Positions 49,876 to 62,560 are shown, counted from the whole stretch's first letter. The stretch is DNA of 62,931 nucleotides, filler included, from Octopus bimaculoides (GCF_001194135.2; 6 parts of 5 records of this genome joined end to end with filler, not necessarily neighbours in it), one strand, 5' to 3'. Numbers and translations: made by a program. Notes: generated from the sequence alone by a model not told the origin.

Positions 49876-50404
49876 CGCATGCGTTAAGTGATAGGTGATA
49901 CAAAAAATTCAGTTTAATTTTTTTTTAAATTACTTCTCACTATGCACTCATCATCGCCACCACCACCACTACTACCATCTCTCTCTCTTTCTTTCTCTCT
50001 TCCTCTTTGCCTTTCTTTAACCTCACCATCAGAACATCAGCCCTCTGCTAAAATTATATTCCTAACTCTCCACTGTATCACTACTTTCAACTAACTTTTT
50101 TAACCACGTAATAAATATTACGTTCCCCCTCCCACATGTCATGGACGCTTCTCGTTCTGTCTTTTCACCCTCCCTCTTTTCCTTTCTCTCTCTCTCTCTT
50201 TCTGCCTCACTCTTCGCCTTATCCTCTTTTTCTCTCTCCCTCTTTCCTTTCTTCTTCTCTAATCACGTGAAAGCGTTACTGACGGGCTAATAAGTAATGA
50301 CAAGCAGAATTATTATAAGATACATACATACATACATAGACACATTTCTCTCTATATATATACATATGTAAAAAGAGAAAATATACACAACTTCTGATAA
50401 TACG

Positions 50405-50578
50405 AGAAGTTTAATACAATCTATATTTCGGGCACAAAGGCCCATCTTCAGAAGAAAAGAACAGTCTACGAAAACTTCAGTTATGTAGGATGCAGAACCC
50501 ACATAACTGAACTTAAGCTGTTCTTTTCGTCTGAAGATGGGCCTTTGAACCCGAAATATAAAGGTTTTATTAAACTTT
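50405..50578. repeat. About 170-bp palindrome with a minimal hammerhead in each arm
   Basis: Minus arm CUGAAGA U GGGC cuuugu GCCC GAAA UAUA (boxes 50445-50451 and 50426-50429); plus arm CUGAAGA UGGGC cuuugaa CCC GAAA UAUA AAGG (50531-50564). Confidence 0.85.
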
Positions 50579-50662
50579 CCACATTGTCAGAAGCTTTCTA
50601 TTTTCTCTCTTTTGACATACTTCGATATTACAATGCTTCAAGCGAACTACAACGCTCTTATA

Positions 50663-50710
<48 letters not shown>

Positions 50711-51089
50711 TATTATATTATATTATATTATATTGTATTGTATTATATTATATGATATTATATTACATTACATTACATTACATAACATTTTATTGTATTA
50801 CGTTTGCGAATTTGTTTTGCAAGATTCCTGATGTGAAGTTGTGTGCTGAAACAAATATTGCTGTATTTTGGGATGGTCACTGTTTTTTGCCAAATAAACA
50901 CAATACACACACTATATATTCGTTCTTTCTAGCTGGTTTTTATGTCCTGAGTTCAAATGCCGTCGAGGTCAACCTTGCCTTTCATCTATTTTAGGGACGA
51001 TAGAAGAAAATACCTGCCAAGTACTTGGGACGATGGTGTCTACTGATCGCCGAATCAAACTTATCGGCCATGCACATCTGTGGCACCTT

Positions 51090-51420
51090 GTCCTTGGATC
51101 ACATCACGACTGGATCAAATCGCGAAACCATACAGCGTTACATTGGCTTCCTTGAAGCCCTTCTCACAACAGCGAATAAAAGAAAGCTGAGATAATATAG
51201 CCTTATAACAAGACCCAATGGCCTTCTTAAAAGCATTCTTAAAGGAATCGTGGTGGAAGAGAGAAGTGAATAGAGAGAAAAAAATTGGCTGAGAACATTT
51301 AGGAATGGTCTGGAAAATCGTTAGTCGAGACTCAAGCTCTGGCTCACAGCCACGACAGATAGAGGAAATTATTGTGCAATACTTAACGACGTCACCTTCC
51401 GACTCCATTGGAAATATAGA
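51090..51420 (+). mobile_element. RTE LINE 3' coding end
   Basis: RKLR*YSLITRPNGLLKSILKGIVVE..KNWLR, matching the RKL.W.GH.TR..GL.K.IL.G.V C-terminus of RTE ORF2. Confidence 0.7.
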
Positions 51421-51710
51421 GTCGAAGACAAATATAAGACAAAGACTTTCCAATTGGCCAGAAATGTTTGCATTGTAGCGCATGCGCCGACAACTTGCGT
51501 TAATTTATTCAAAAGGTGCCCACGGACTTCTTGTTTTTCTTTGAAATTGCTATAAACTCCAAATCTATTTGTGGAGAGGAATAAATAACACGTTAGATTG
51601 TATTATTTATCCTCCCACCCAAAATTCTCTGGATTCAATACTCGTCACTCTACTGAAGAGTATATGTCTAGTATAAAGCTCTTATTTATCTCTTCTCTCG
51701 TCAGAATGAA

Positions 51711-51870
51711 GAGGCGCAATGGCCCAGTGGTTAGGGCAGCGGACTCGCGGTCATAGGATCGCGGTTTCGATTCCCAGACCGGGCGTTGTGAGTGTTTATT
51801 GAGCGAAAACACCNNNNNNNNNNAACTGGAACCCTCGACGTCATAAGCGACGGAGTGCCAACAACAATGT
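51711..51870 (+). mobile_element. tRNA(Arg-like)-headed SINE 5' part
   Basis: GAGGCGCAATGGCCCAGTGGTTAGGGCAGCGGACTCGCGGTCATAGGATCGCGGTTTCGATTCCCAGACCGGGCG; matches the 35268-35566 family. Confidence 0.85.
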
Positions 51871-53089
51871 ATGTATGTGTGTGTATGTTGCCTCTTTTGG
51901 CATCTGGTGCTGAAGAAAACAAACAAGTTCGAAATGCAACCAGTAGTCCAACAGAGAGCGCTCTGGGCAGAGTAAGGTGTTTAGAGATATTTTTGTCTTA
52001 AACAAGGATATTTTCCTCTACATTCAAATATAATATACAATTCATATAATTCATACATATAATTATGCAGATGTATCCATGAGTATATATAAATATATAA
52101 ATATATACATACATAAATATACATACATATACATATATATATATATATGTGCATACATATATATAAATAAATATATATATATGCATGTATATATGCCTGC
52201 GTTTTATATATATATATATATATATATNNNNNNNNNNNNNNNNNNNNNNNNNNNNNNNNNNNNNNNNNNNNNNNNNNNNNNNNNNNNNNNNNNNNNNNNN
52301 NNNNNNNNNNNNNNNNNNNNNNNNNNNNNNNNNNNNNNNNNNNNNNNNNNNNNNNNNNNNNNNNNNNNNNNNNNNNNNNNNNNNNNNNNNNNNNNNNNNN
52401 NNNNNNNNNNNNNNNNNNNNNNNNNNNNNNNNNNNNNNNNNNNNNNNNNNNNNNNNNNNNNNNNNNNNNNNNNNNNNNNNNNNNNNNNNNNNNNNNNNNN
52501 NNNNNNNNNNNNNNNNNNNNNNNNNNNNNNNNNNNNNNNNNNNNNNNNNNNNNNNNNNNNNNNNNNNNNNNNNNNNNNNNNNNNNNNNNNNNNNNNNNNN
52601 NNNNNNNNNNNNNNNNNNNNNNNNNNNNNNNNNNNNNNNNNNNNNNNNNNNNNNNNNNNNNNNNNNNNNNNNNNNNNNNNNNNNNNNNNNNNNNNNNNNN
52701 NNNNNNNNNNNNNNNNNNNNNNNNNNNNNNNNNNNNNNNNNNNNNNNNNNNNNNNNNNNNNNNNNNNNNNNNNNNNNNNNNNNNNNNNNNNNNNNNNNNN
52801 NNNNNNNNNNNNNNNNNNNNNNNNNNNNNNNNNNNNNNNNNNNNNNNNNNNNNNNNNNNNNNNNNNNNNNNNNNNNNNNNNNNNNNNNNNNNNNNNNNNN
52901 NNNNNNNNNNNNNNNNNNNNNNNNNNNNNNNNNNNNNNNNNNNNNNNNNNNNNNNNNNNNNNNNNNNNNNNNNNNNNNNNNNNNNNNNNNNNNNNNNNNN
53001 NNNNNNNNNNNNNNNNNNNNNNNNNNNNNNNNNNNNNNNNNNNNNNNNNNNNNNNNNNNNNNNNNNNNNNNNNNNNNNNNNNNNNNNNN

Positions 53090-53141
<52 letters not shown>

Positions 53142-53199
53142 TGCATATATATGTGTACCTATGTATGTATGCGTGTATGTACATGTAAATGTGTGTGTG

Positions 53200-53259
53200 G
53201 TTGCATAAATGTATGTGACTGGGTGTCTTACTTCCTTATCTATCTATCTATCTACCTAC

Positions 53260-53291
<32 letters not shown>

Positions 53292-53931
53292 TTACCACTC
53301 TCGTGTTTTGTCTCTCTCTTTCCCTCTCCCTCTCTCTTACATTGCTCTCTCTTCTTTCTGGCCAAACTACATAGGGACACTTAATCCCCTACACACACAC
53401 AACAGTCCCCTCTCTTTCTCTCTCCCTCTCTCTCTTATCTTTCTCATCAATTTTTCTTTGATACACTCTTACTGTTCGCATACACACACACACCACACAT
53501 ATTCACAAACACATACATATACGTATATATAGATAGATAGATAGATAGATATATGCACATAGAGAAAGGCGGCTGTCTTGATCTTTTCTCTCTCATTCTC
53601 TTTCCCCCTCTCTTTGTACCGTTTAGGCTTTTCTCCTGGTTTTCCCACTTTATGGGAAAACTAACACACACATACACATATCTATATATATATATATCTT
53701 TATATATATATATATGAACATTTAAATACATACATTCATACAAATACATGTGTGTATATGTATCAATATATACTTATATGTGTATATGTATATGTGTATA
53801 TATAATATATATATATATATGTGTGTGTGTATTTTATAAATTAATGTCCATATTGCACAAACGTATATATATATATATATATATTAATAGCGAGTATACA
53901 TATAGATACATATAGATACATACAGAAATAC

Positions 53932-53970
<39 letters not shown>

Positions 53971-54309
53971 GTAACTCTCTCTCTCTTTATGTATATACGT
54001 GTGTGTATGTGGAGAGAGAGAGAGAGAGAGAGAGATACAGTTGTATGTATTTACATATATGTGAATATATATCACACATACATAAGAAAAAAACTTAGCA
54101 CACACACACACGCATACAGTCTTAACTGCAACACTCACATACATACACACACATATATATATATGTACATTTGCATAGTACGCACACACACATACACACA
54201 CGCATACACACACATATGCTTAGTGAAATATCTATATTCTCTTTCATCCAGTCTCTTCCCACCACCATCACCACCACCACCACTACAGACTACACATAAC
54301 TGACAGACA

Positions 54310-54345
<36 letters not shown>

Positions 54346-54710
54346 CCCTACATACACTCACGCAGACACGCAGACACACNNNNNNNNNNTCTCTCCTCCC
54401 CTACATACACTCACGCAGACACGCAGACACACACACGCAGACACGCACACGCACAATACTTTAGCATTACAAGCCTATTACATATATGTATATATATATA
54501 CACACACACAACTTATTTCTCGGCATTACGTCTCTTGTTTCCCCTCTCTCTGTCTTTTCCTTTCTCTCTCTCTCTCTCTTTCTCCCCGTCTCTTTTCTTT
54601 CCTCCTTTCCTCTCTATCTTCTGCCTTTACTTCCTTTTTCCTCTCCCACCTAACTATTCATTTACACACAGACACACACACACTGACACGTACATACTGA
54701 CGGACACATA

Positions 54711-54750
<40 letters not shown>

Positions 54751-55048
54751 CTTATATGCAAATACATCAGCTCTTCTCATTCTCTTGCCATCACGCACGT
54801 ACACACACACACACGCACGCACAAATACTCACAGATACCTACACTTACCTCTTTTCTCTCTGTCTCTCTTTCTTATATATATATATATGTATATATATAC
54901 TTTTATATAAATGTATTACTTTATTTTGCTTCTCTCTCTCCCCCTCTCTATCTCTATCAGCTCCTCTTACTGTCATACATACGCATAAATACATACATGG
55001 TCACCAATTTACCTGCATATACACATATACGTATTCACGCCACTTTTT

Positions 55049-55084
<36 letters not shown>

Positions 55085-56841
55085 ACTATCTTAATTTTTC
55101 TATCTTTCTCTCCCACTCTCAGTCATACACACACACATATATATATATATATATAACCATCACCTTCCCTGCCTTTCTCTCGCATTTATTTACTTATTTA
55201 GATATACACTTTCCTTTTTTACTTTTAATATTTTCTTTTTTTACACTTTGCCTATCTTTTCTCTTATACCATACATACATACATACATGCATGCCTTTAT
55301 TTTTCTACATACACACATTCATATATATATATATATATAAGTACATGAGCATGCACACATATACATATACTTGCACATACATATAGACAGAGTCACACAT
55401 GTATGTATACATATATTTGTATGCAATGCGTGTATATATATATGTGTGTGTATGTATGTATGTATATGTATATAAACACATGTGACAACTGTTTCTTTCA
55501 GTCATATTGTCACACACTGTTACACAGTCTAACAAACAAACACACACACACACATGCACACGCGTGCAGCCAACCGCCTATACACACTCTCCTCCCCCCT
55601 CTCTCTCTCTCTCTCACTCCTCTCTCTATTTCTCTCTTTCTCTATCTCTCTCCTCTCTTTAACTACGCTTCGCTATTTAATCTGTCTCTCCCTTCGTCTC
55701 ACTCTCCCTCTTCCTCTCTATTTCGCTCTAATTCTATCCCTCCCTCTGTCTTTCTACTTTATCTCCTTCTCTCCCTCTCATTCAATTACCTTCCTTTCTT
55801 ATCTCGCTTTATCTTACTTCACAACTCCCTCTCTCTCTATCGACACCGTCCTTTTCTTACGTCTACCACACCACTCCTTTTACCTTCTTATCCTTCTCTC
55901 TCATCTTCTCTTCCTCCTCTCTGCCTGTTGTTTCCTCTTCCTTCTCCTCTCGTGTATTTATCTTCCTTTCTTATCCCGTTTTATTTACCTTCCTCTATAA
56001 ACCTCTGTCTTTTTCTACACACACTCCTTCTCTCTCTCTCTCCTTGACTCATTGTTCCTATTTCTTTCTCTCCAATGTGTCTTTCTCTTTTATTCTCTTC
56101 TCCACGTCTTTTTATACAACTCTCTCTTTCTTTCTCTCACTTTCCTTCTCTATCTCTTTCTCTCTCTGTCACTATTTTCTCTCCTCTCACTGTCACATAC
56201 TTTATATAACAGACACACGCACGGACATACACACATACAAGTTCACTCGTTCTCTCTCACTCTCACTCACACACACACACACACAAACACATACACACTC
56301 ACACACACACACGCGCAATCTCAAGCACAAACACCTTCACACCTTCCGCCTCTCTCTTCCACCTCTTCATTCTTTTTTTTCCCTCTCTTTTATCACTGTT
56401 CCATCAAACGCCCTTCATAACTCCTCTCTCATTCTCGCTACCTTTCTGGGGTCTCTCTTTTCACTGTAATCACCTTTTCAAATCTCCCCATCTACTTATT
56501 ACCCTATCTTTCAAACACGCTTTCTTTTTCTACCCTTCTCACTCTCTCTCTCCCTCCCTCTCTCTCTCTCTCTCTCTGTATATATATATATATATATATA
56601 TGTCTATCTATTTGTCTATCCATCTCTCTCTGTTTCTATCTATCTATCTATCTTCTTACTACTGAAGCCTTCCCACCCGTTCCCTTTTTTTCTTCTCTCT
56701 TACACCACAATCTTCATCATCTACCCAGCCAAGGACCCCTAACTCTATTCTGTCACATTTTCACTTCCTCATCTATTTCCAATCAGCACCCACTCTCTCT
56801 CACTCACTGTCTGTCTGCCTGCCTGCCTCTCTCTCTCATTG

Positions 56842-56907
<66 letters not shown>

Positions 56908-57050
56908 CATCCATCTATCTATCTATCTATCTATCTATCTGACTGTCTGTCTGTCTATCTGTCTTTATATCTATCTATCTATAACTTCCATTCTTCCCCT
57001 GTACCTTGTATCTTAACGCACAAAGCAGACCTCCATATTCCCCACTTCAT
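53200..57050. repeat. About 4 kb of low-complexity CT/CA/TA mosaic
   Basis: Strongly pyrimidine-biased plus strand of interleaved (CT)n, (CA)n, (TA)n and (CTAT)n; source of the LSLS/HTHT ORFs. Confidence 0.9.
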
Positions 57051-58929
57051 ATATATNNNNNNNNNNNNNNNNNNNNNNNNNNNNNNNNNNNNNNNNNNNN
57101 TTAATTAATTAANNNNNNNNNNNNNNNNNNNNNNNNNNNNNNNNNNNNNNNNNNNNTATATATACATCCCACATTCGAACCCGAGAAAAACAAAGAGAGG
57201 CCTGCATATAGTCTCTAGAGAAAACGATAATCAAATCTACTTGATGAACTATAAAAAAAAAGCGAATAATTACTGGAGAAAAAATAATAGTAACAAATAT
57301 GGGAAATAAAACATGATCCTTTAAAGATACCCAGAATGAAATCGTAAACACATAAGAGACTTCCCCTCTTTCTATCCCTGAATATCATTCCTTTTTCGTC
57401 TCTCCTCCACTATCAAAATAAAGAAAATATGAAATATTTCTCCACTGTTAAGAGAACAAGACAAAAAAGAAGAAAAGAAAATCGATCGTATATGATTACT
57501 AAATGTTTTAAATGAACATAGACCATTTTCATGATCCCAAGTTTCGTTGTATTGACAAGCTCCAATAAGAGCAAAATAACGTTATATGCAGCTACTAGGA
57601 CACTCAAATTGGGAACAAAAATAAATGAATTATAACGAATTATTATTTCATATGGAAATATTATTCCATATGTTCTCTCATTCATTCATAAGAAAAAGAC
57701 CGCGCATAATAACAAAAAAAAAAAAAAAAAGAAATGTATAAGCCTTGAGCGGTTCTCTCATCTGAAAGGGAAACTGCACCCTCTCTTCTAATTCTTAGCA
57801 AACTCTCTTTCTCTGTCTCTTACTCCGAAAGCAACTGTAGGTGGCGGCACCAACAGTCGCCAGTCATATTTCTCATATATATATATATATATGAATCCAC
57901 ACACACATGTAGACACTTAAACACACCCACACTCACTCACACACACACGAAGGTAGTGAGGATGATTATGAATTACGACAATAAACCAGACGAAGCAATA
58001 TCTCAAGAGAGCCTTCTACATGCTAAACATTCGATGCAGTAGAGCATCAACATTTGTATGTTTTAAAGACTGTACCGAATATACTACAATCTCGAAGCAT
58101 GCCCAGTGCTTTCAACGGTTGGCTTTAAAGAAAATAACTCATTCTAACAACGGTGTCTATAGTTTTTAAAGTCTTTACTATCAAATAGTATTCTTATAGT
58201 TATCTCTCATTCTTTTTTTGTTTACACTTTAAACAACCATAAATGAAAATGGAGTTTTTGTGTTTTCTAATTGTAAAGATAACCTTAGTTTTCAACTCAC
58301 TCTGTTACATATCTGACACTCTACCGCATGTGCATTTAGTATTCAGATTGCTCCTCTGACGTATTTCCACTCAGCCATATTGTCATGTCAATATGCGATC
58401 GTTAATTTGTTTTCTCTGTAAGAGGTAAACAATCAAGACACTAAAATCACTGAACCTTGGTGTCTCTAGAATCCTCCAGATTTTTATTGTTGCGTGTTGT
58501 TTCTCTTAACCATTTACTTCTTTGTATCTCACCTTCCTCGCCTATTTCTTGTTTATTACTTTCTTTCCCTCTTTCTGTCTGCCTTCCTTTCTTTCAGGTC
58601 TATATTTTCTCTCACTCTCGTTTTCGTAACCAACTTCGTATTTTGCGCTTTTCTAGATTTGTTACGTTTTATTTTCGTTCTTTAACCTTAACTCTGCATC
58701 TTTATATTCGTTTTTACGACTGTTTTAAACTCTTTAAGCATCCATTTTTGTTTACATTATACTTTCAGTCTTCCATTCATTTACAGAATTTGAACTATAT
58801 CATATATTTAGATATTTTGAGTTAGGGTTATTTATTCTTTCCATTTATTTACTAACGTTCATTCGTTCTTACTTTACTTGTTTCCCCTCCTTCCTTTACT
58901 ATCAATATTTTATTGCTTCATGTATATAT

Positions 58930-59100
58930 TCTTTTATTCTTCTATTCTTTTACTTGTTTCAGTCATTTGACTGCGGACATACTGGAGCACCGCTTTTAGT
59001 CAAACAAATCGACCCCAGATCTTATTCTTTGTAAGCCTAGTATTTATTCTCTCGGCCTCTATTGCCGAACCGCTAAGTTATGGGAATGTAAACACACACA
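58930..59100 (-). mobile_element. SINE 3' half
   Basis: TTTTACTTGTTTCAGTCATTTGACTGCGG..ATCGACCCCAG..TTGCCGAACCGCTAAGTTA. Confidence 0.8.
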
Positions 59101-59459
59101 CTCACACATATGTATGTATATATCACTTAGGCATTGCAAAACTAATGATCTGCTGTAGAACTCGATATACATATTCTCCAGAACGAAGTTCCACTGAGTC
59201 GAGTACACAGCGGTAATAAGAAAATGAGACGACGAAGGCATATATAAGTCTACAGTATATTATAACAGAAACAAATGTAAGCTAATGAAATTCATAAGAT
59301 AATCGTGTATTCTTTTCTCATCTCATTTAATTATATATANNNNNNNNNNNNNNNNNNNNNNNNNNNNNNNNNNNNNNNNNNNNTTAATTAATTAANNNNN
59401 NNNNNNNNNNNNNNNNNNNNNNNNNNNNNNNNNNNNNNNTATATATATATATATATTGA

Positions 59460-59760
59460 TTCCCATGTATGACTAGCTTAGATTATGGATATTATCTAAC
59501 CATTCCGTTCTTTGTCTACTCCCAAAGTCTCCTGCCTGCTGACTCGGCCGTGACCTTTTAATGCGGAGAAGTAGCGGCTCGACCTGAAGGGACGCCCTGA
59601 TCTCCGAGCTACGTACTCTGTCGAGTAACGTTACTTTAGAAATCCTTTTGTTGCCCCTATTTCAGCCGCATGCATTCGCAATTACACTGTTTCGGCTACT
59701 ACCTAACATTCAATACCATAGGTTAGGATAAGCACGAAAACCGAATTGCAGATAGAATCA
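59460..59760 (-). mobile_element. Internally deleted RTE LINE C-terminal relic
   Basis: SVFVLILTYGIEC*VV..MHAAEI then LLDRVRSSEIRASLQVEPLLLRIKRS..RTEWLDNI. Confidence 0.8.
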
Positions 59761-59769
59761 TTAACAATG

Positions 59770-60160
59770 CAGATAATTTACAATACCTTAAAAACCATTA
59801 ATTAGCCAGATATTTATAATGTACAAATGCCATTAATTAACTAATTAGATATAATAAATTAAGTGCCCTAAAGTAAGTAGATAATTATAATGTCTTAAAT
59901 ACCATTAATTAACCAATTAGTTTTAATGCCTAAAACACCCTTTATTTAAACATAATTATAATGCCTTAAATATCATTAATTAACCAGTTAATTAGAATGC
60001 CTTAAATACCACTATGCAATCAGATAATTATGATGCCTTAAAAACCAACGCTTAGCTAATTATTTAGTATGGTATAACTACCATTAATGAAGCAGATAGT
60101 CATTAATGTCTTAATTAGCTTTACTTAACCAATTAATCATAATGCGTTAAAAGACATTAA
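59770..60160. repeat. Degenerate minisatellite, unit about 36 bp (ATAATTATAATGCCTTAAATACCATTAATTAACCAG-like), about 10 copies
   Basis: Recurring AATG(C/T)CTTAAA and CCATTAATTAACC motifs at roughly regular spacing. Confidence 0.75.
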
Positions 60161-61303
60161 GGCGTGTAATTCGAGTAAACTTTTAGCCGCGGGTAGAGAA
60201 GGGGGCTTATTGGTTCCGTTATACGCAAATAGGAGTTCCTCAAACCCTGATTACATGATAAGCAGATGCTAGTGCTGTCTATCTGGTGATATGTTTGTCC
60301 AGCGAATGGGAAAGACTATTAAGTGTTTTGTAGAACATTCGCCCGCTATTTCTAACATGTGCAGCAACCATGAGAAGGGTCTTTCAGCGGATCGATCAAA
60401 ATCATATTGAGAATGTAATCTTTGTCTCCCCCCCACTCTCTCTCTCTTTAACGCACACGCACACACATTTATAGATCTTTTCATTTTCCTATATTTATTT
60501 TCTCTCTGCATTTTCAGTTTCATTTCTTTATTTCTTTTCTTTCGTCTTTTCATTTCTTTCTCCTCTTCTTTCCTTACTTATTTCCTTTCTTTTCTTTGTT
60601 GCCTACTCTCTTTGTTATTTTCTTTCACTTTCTTTCTTTTTCCTTTCTTTTCTTTTCCTTCTTTCATTGTTTTGTTCATTTTCATTCGTTTCCATTCATT
60701 ATTTTTCTCCCTGCCCTTGTTCCTTTTTTTTTTCTTCTCTTTGTCCCTTTTTTCAATCCCTTCACTTTCAATGTATCTAACCTCCCCACCCGAACCATTC
60801 TCTCTATCTTTCCAACTTAATGCGTCCTTTCTCTTTATTTACCAATTTAACCTCCATATTTCTCTATCGCCATTTTCCACTCACTCTGCAAATATTTCTT
60901 CATTCTTACATCATGTCTCAGTCAATATTCCATCTCCAACCGCCACCAACACCATCACTATCGCCAACCACAACTCCTTCCATCGCAGCCAACACCACCA
61001 CCACCACCACCACCACGACCATTATCACCACAACCAGTGNNNNNNNNNNNNNNNNNNNNNNNNNNNNNNNNNNNNNNNNNNNNTTAATTAATTAANNNNN
61101 NNNNNNNNNNNNNNNNNNNNNNNNNNNNNNNNNNNNNNNCCACCTTGTTGTACATTTCATGTGCTTACTCCGGTATATATATATATATACATATATATAA
61201 ACACACACACACGCTCATGCATATATGGGTACAGGATGTTACCAACGGGGCAAATAACATGAAATACGTAAACAAACGAGCGAAAAACGAGTGAAATGCG
61301 CAA

Positions 61304-61441
61304 TCAACGAGAAAAACATGGAAAACAGTAGAAGTTAGCACAGAGACAGGACTCTTCGTCAGTTGTCGGCTGTCTCTCAACTCCTCGTTTCAAGCATTCA
61401 ACGACAATGTGACTCCTCAAAGACAGTTGCTCCTCTAAATT
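61304..61441 (-). CDS. Candidate terminal coding exon of an unidentified host gene (45 aa, Cys-rich C-terminus)
   Basis: Acceptor TTTTATTTTAG at 61442-61443, then open frame NLEEQLSLRSHIVVECLKRGVERQPTTDEESCLCANFYCFPCFSR*. The sequence is non-repeat and relatively GC-rich. No homolog recognised. Confidence 0.3.
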   Translation of the reverse strand, partial: NLEEQLSLRSHIVVECLKRGVERQPTTDEESCLCANFYCFPCFSR

Positions 61442-62370
61442 CTAAAATAAAATTTAGGATTTATGGAGGGGCACAGTCAGGAACATATATATATATATAT
61501 GTGTGTGTACACATACATGCATATATATTATATATGCATATACTCATTTACTTTTGTTTTTACATGATTGAACGCAGCGTCTCACAAAAATTGTAAGTAG
61601 TTTTCGTAAACTTATCCTCCGACGCTACTCTATCTCTTTCTCTTTCTCTTTCCTTTCTCCCCCCCCCCTCGTTCTTCCTCTGTACTACTACGTATCTCGC
61701 CTTACCCCTCTTGTTCTTCCTCTGTACTACTACGTATCTCGCCTTACCCCTCTTGNNNNNNNNNNNNNNNNNNNNNNNNNNNNNNNNNNNNNNNNNNNNN
61801 NNNNNNNNNNNNNNNNNNNNNNNNNNNNNNNNNNNNNNNNNNNNNNNNNNNNNNNNNNNNNNNNNNNNNNNNNNNNNNNNNNNNNNNNNNNNNNNNNNNN
61901 NNNNNNNNNNNNNNNNNNNNNNNNNNNNNNNNNNNNNNNNNNNNNNNNNNNNNNNNNNNNNNNNNNNNNNNNNNNNNNNNNNNNNNNNNNNNNNNNNNNN
62001 NNNNNNNNNNNNNNNNNNNNNNNNNNNNNNNNNNNNNNNNNNNNNNNNNNNNNNNNNNNNNNNNNNNNNNNNNNNNNNNNNNNNNNNNNNNNNNNNNNNN
62101 NNNNNNNNNNNNNNNNNNNNNNNNNNNNNNNNNNNNNNNNNNNNNNNNNNNNNNNNNNNNNNNNNTCGTCAGTTGTCGGCTGTCTCTCAACTCCTCGTTT
62201 CAAGCATTCAACGACAATGTGACTCCTCAAAGACAGTTGCTCCTCTAAATTCTAAAATAAAATTTAGGATTTATGGAGGGGCACAGTCAGGAACATATAT
62301 ATATATATATGTGTGTGTACACATACATGCATATATATTATATATGCATATACTCATTTACTTTTGTTTT
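61356..62370. repeat. About 205-bp exact direct duplication across a gap (61356-61560 = 62166-62370)
   Basis: The two copies appear identical base for base and flank a 410-N gap. Confidence 0.9.
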
Positions 62371-62399
62371 TATATATATATATATATGGGAGAATGTAC

Positions 62400-62560
62400 G
62401 AAAAAACAACAACAGATGAGGACAGGTGGTGTAAACAACAAAAGGATGTATTAGTATGACGCTCGGGAATACGGAAAGTCTTTAACGTTTCGAGCTACGC
62501 TCTTCAACAGAAAGAATACGGAGACAAGGAGAAAAAACACGGAGAAAAAAAATTGAATAG
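62400..62560 (-). mobile_element. HHR-bearing family A, copy 3
   Basis: Minus 62479-62516: UCUUU CUGUUGA A GAGC GUA GCUC GAA ACGU U AAAGA, with all three stems intact. Confidence 0.75.

Larger units (their letters stand above)
47419..50320 (-). mobile_element. Candidate non-autonomous Helitron with helicase C-terminus and nested inserts
   Basis: The 3' end is a hairpin CCCG-AGCAAAGC-CGGG, 8 nt, then CTAG|T. A candidate 5' end is A|TCTTATAAT at 50320. PIF1-type motifs lie at 49609-49875. Confidence 0.6.

Noticed and set aside
51711-51785. tRNA gene calls for the SINE heads (also 35490-35566, 43241-43315)
   Set aside because: They run into SINE bodies, are multi-copy with the same downstream sequence and lack a proper acceptor stem and terminator.
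54330-54432. About 42-bp direct repeat across a 10-N gap
   Set aside because: Typical contig-overlap artefact in low-complexity sequence.
55403-56469. 140-214 aa Leu/Ser-rich ORFs resembling membrane proteins
   Set aside because: They are translations of CT-rich low-complexity DNA, open in several frames at once.
59540-59615. 5S rRNA-like words (CGGCC..AATGCG, CTGATCTCCGAGCTA)
   Set aside because: The spacing is wrong for 5S, and the opposite strand translates cleanly as RTE ORF2 (DRVRSSEIRASLQVEPLLLRI).
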